A stretch of DNA of 63,514 nucleotides, the filler included, from Phoronis australis (Eukaryota; Animalia; Phoronida), in assembly GCA_002633005.1 (NCBI GenBank). It is 10 parts of 10 records of this genome, joined end to end, with 100 filler letters (N's around TTAATTAATTAA, not from the genome) between each part and the next. Parts side by side here need not be neighbours in the genome. Positions count along the whole stretch, not along the records: positions 59,492 to 63,514 come from NMRA01002743.1; 9 more parts are not named here. One strand, 5' to 3'. The position numbers and the translations under genes were made by a program. Every line of letters starts with the position of its first letter. Within the stretch, counting starts at the first letter, position 1. Shown in pieces: positions 61,285 to 63,514 of the stretch. Below the pieces are notes generated by a model. It was not told where the DNA came from. It saw only the letters and a program-made list of their open reading frames with translations, and searched no databases.

Positions 61285-63138
61285 TGACGTAAATGTCTCT
61301 TTTGTTGGATTTGTTTTACTTGGCGTATCTTTAGAGTATAAAACATCATCTTAATTAAACAAATAAGTATCTGGAAATTACTCCTAACGATTGGGCGAAT
61401 AATTAGCCGAGAATAATATGAAAGGGGGGGAAACGGGAAGGGGAAGGACTTCCATACACTCATTCACACTCACATTCACACGATTTAATTAACTTAACTT
61501 ATGTTTACATTTACGTAGGTGCATATTTATGAAAAGGTNNNNNNNNNNNNNNNNNNNNNNNNNNNNNNNNNNNNNNNNNNNNNNNNNNNNNNNNNNNNNN
61601 NNNNNNNNNNNNNNNNNNNNNNNNNNNNNNNNNNNNNNNNNNNNNNNNNNNNNNNNNNNNNNNNNNNNNNNNNNNNNNNNNNNNNNNNNNNNNNNNNNNN
61701 NNNNNNNNNNNNNNNNNNNNNNNNNNNNNNNNNNNNNNNNNNNNNNNNNNNNNNNNNNNNNNNNNNNNNNNNNNNNNNNNNNNNNNNNNNNNNNNNNNNN
61801 NNNNNNNNNNNNNNNNNNNNNNNNNNNNNNNNNNNNNNNNNNNNNNNNNNNNNNNNNNNNNNNNNNNNNNNNNNNNNNNNNNNNNNNNNNNNNNNNNNNN
61901 NNNNNNNNNNNNNNNNNNNNNNNNNNNNNNNNNNNNNNNNNNNNNNNNNNNNNNNNNNNNNNNNNNNNNNNNNNNNNNNNNNNNNNNNNNNNNNNNNNNN
62001 NNNNNNNNNNNNNNNNNNNNNNNNNNNNNNNNNNNNNNNNNNNNNNNNNNNNNNNNNNNNNNNNNNNNNNNNNNNNNNNNNNNNNNNNNNNNNNNNNNNN
62101 NNNNNNNNNNNNNNNNNNNNNNNNNNNNNNNNNNNNNNNNNNNNNNNNNNNNNNNNNNNNNNNNNNNNNNNNNNNNNNNNNNNNNNNNNNNNNNNNNNNN
62201 NNNNNNNNNNNNNNNNNNNNNNNNNNNNNNNNNNNNNNNNNNNNNNNNNNNNNNNNNNNNNNNNNNNNNNNNNNNNNNNNNNNNNNNNNNNNNNNNNNNN
62301 NNNNNNNNNNNNNNNNTTTATTTAACCAAACAAATTCTCTGATAAGTTTATTAACTTCACGAATTCTTTTTTTGGAGATACCCACAGTTGACACTACATG
62401 AATGAGTTTCGATAAACCATAAGTTTTCGTAAGGAAGATTCTGCCTTTTATGGACAAATTTCGTATTTTCCAAATATTAAACAGATCTTTAAGCTTTTGG
62501 ATTTTATCATCAAAATTGAGTTTTTCAGCGTCATCCCCTCTTCCGCCAAAGAATATTCCTAGACTTTTAATGGGCTTTTGGGGCCAGCTGATTCCGTAAA
62601 GTGGTTTACGATTTCGGTGCATTGTTGAGGCAAACATCCCTTGGCATTTTTCATAATTCAAGTGGAGTCCAGATAATGTTCCAAAATAATCTAAAAATCT
62701 AAAAATCTAAAACAGTTATTTCCAGATTCTAAGTCTTTAATGAAAAGAACTGTATCATCTGCATACTGTGCAATTTTGATTTCGTGATTGTCTATTGTGA
62801 AGCCTCTAATTAATTCATTGCTTCTGATATGATGTGACATAATTTCCGCGCACAGGACGAACAGCGGACTCGATAGTGGGTCTCCTTGTCGGAGGCCTTT
62901 CTCTATGTTAAAATACTGTGATGTAAATCCGTTGTTCATCACACATGACGAAATTCCAGAATACAATGTACGGATTCTATTGATAAAAACGTCACCAAAA
63001 TTAAAAAGCTTTTAAGGACTGAAATAAAAAATCCCACTTTACAGTATCGTACGCTTTCTTGAAATCGAGGAATACGATGTGACCGGGGTGTGCTTTTCTT
63101 TATAAAATTCAATCATATCGTCAATTACACGTATACTT
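61285..63138 (-). mobile_element. 5'-truncated Tx1/L1-clade LINE (RT pseudogene) upstream of the CTHRC1-like exons; spans N gap 61539-62316
   Basis: RT motifs IRVIDDMI, FLDFKKAYDTV.W, GLRQGDPLSSPLF, QYADD, SGLHLNYEK, LGIFF and W..RNLSIKGRI; frameshifts present. The 3' boundary beyond the gap is approximate. Confidence 0.9.
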
Positions 63139-63514
63139 GGCTATAGTGAGTTATCATACTATTCGGCAAGTTGAACTAGGAACTTAGCTGATTACTTCGG
63201 AAAATTAATTATTGCATCAACAAATCTCTCGCATCGTTACAGTGTGTACTATGTTTACTTTGATTTCGTCGAACGTCTAGCTCATAATTTCGGTGAGCAT
63301 TTTTTTCGCTATTTGCGAGTAACAATGTAATTTTGACTACAGGCAGAGGACTGAGCTCGTCGTTCTCCGGCGTCTGCGTTGGACCTTACTCTTTCGACTT
63401 TCGACAAATCTATAGCGACTTATCATCAACTGATTTCCGGTTTGGCGATGTGTACAGGGTGTACCAAAATGTTAAGAAAATGTAAAAGATGAGTGCTGTG
63501 AATTATGCGTTCAT

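Overview
This is AT-rich eukaryotic DNA with GT-AG introns. The complement C3-like, CTHRC1-like, MAM-domain and TMEM260-like exons suggest a marine bilaterian invertebrate (inference). The window is not one locus: nine artificial 100-bp linkers (44 N + TTAATTAATTAA + 44 N) join ten independent contigs (1-12315, 12416-16936, 17037-20739, 20840-28836, 28937-38090, 38191-42455, 42556-53597, 53698-56526, 56627-59391, 59492-63514), so neighbourhood across linkers means nothing. Recognisable partial genes are the last two exons of a MAM-domain protein, two C3/TEP exons, two importin-5 exons, a TMEM260-like exon, the last two CTHRC1-like exons and three phase-compatible exons of a possible HYLS1-like gene. 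There is also a putative chromatin protein (HMG-like helix, AT-hook, two C2HC fingers) and a convergent unknown gene with a decapeptide repeat. The rest is dense in mobile DNA: Tx1/L1-type LINE relics, Kolobok-, Tc2-, Harbinger- and P-like non-autonomous elements, and Helentron-like (HINE) elements with tandem arrays. The most notable observations are (1) a HINE family whose repeat core is a CTCF-consensus-like motif, (2) three unrelated CA-terminal MITEs all with 5-bp target duplications, (3) strong enrichment of TACATGTA with internal evidence that it is a Tc1-type excision footprint, (4) a 35-bp P-like mini-element, and (5) a minimal hammerhead core in a Penelope-like inverted structure. 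I see no convincing new multi-gene system. All family assignments come from motif recognition by eye, not from database searches.
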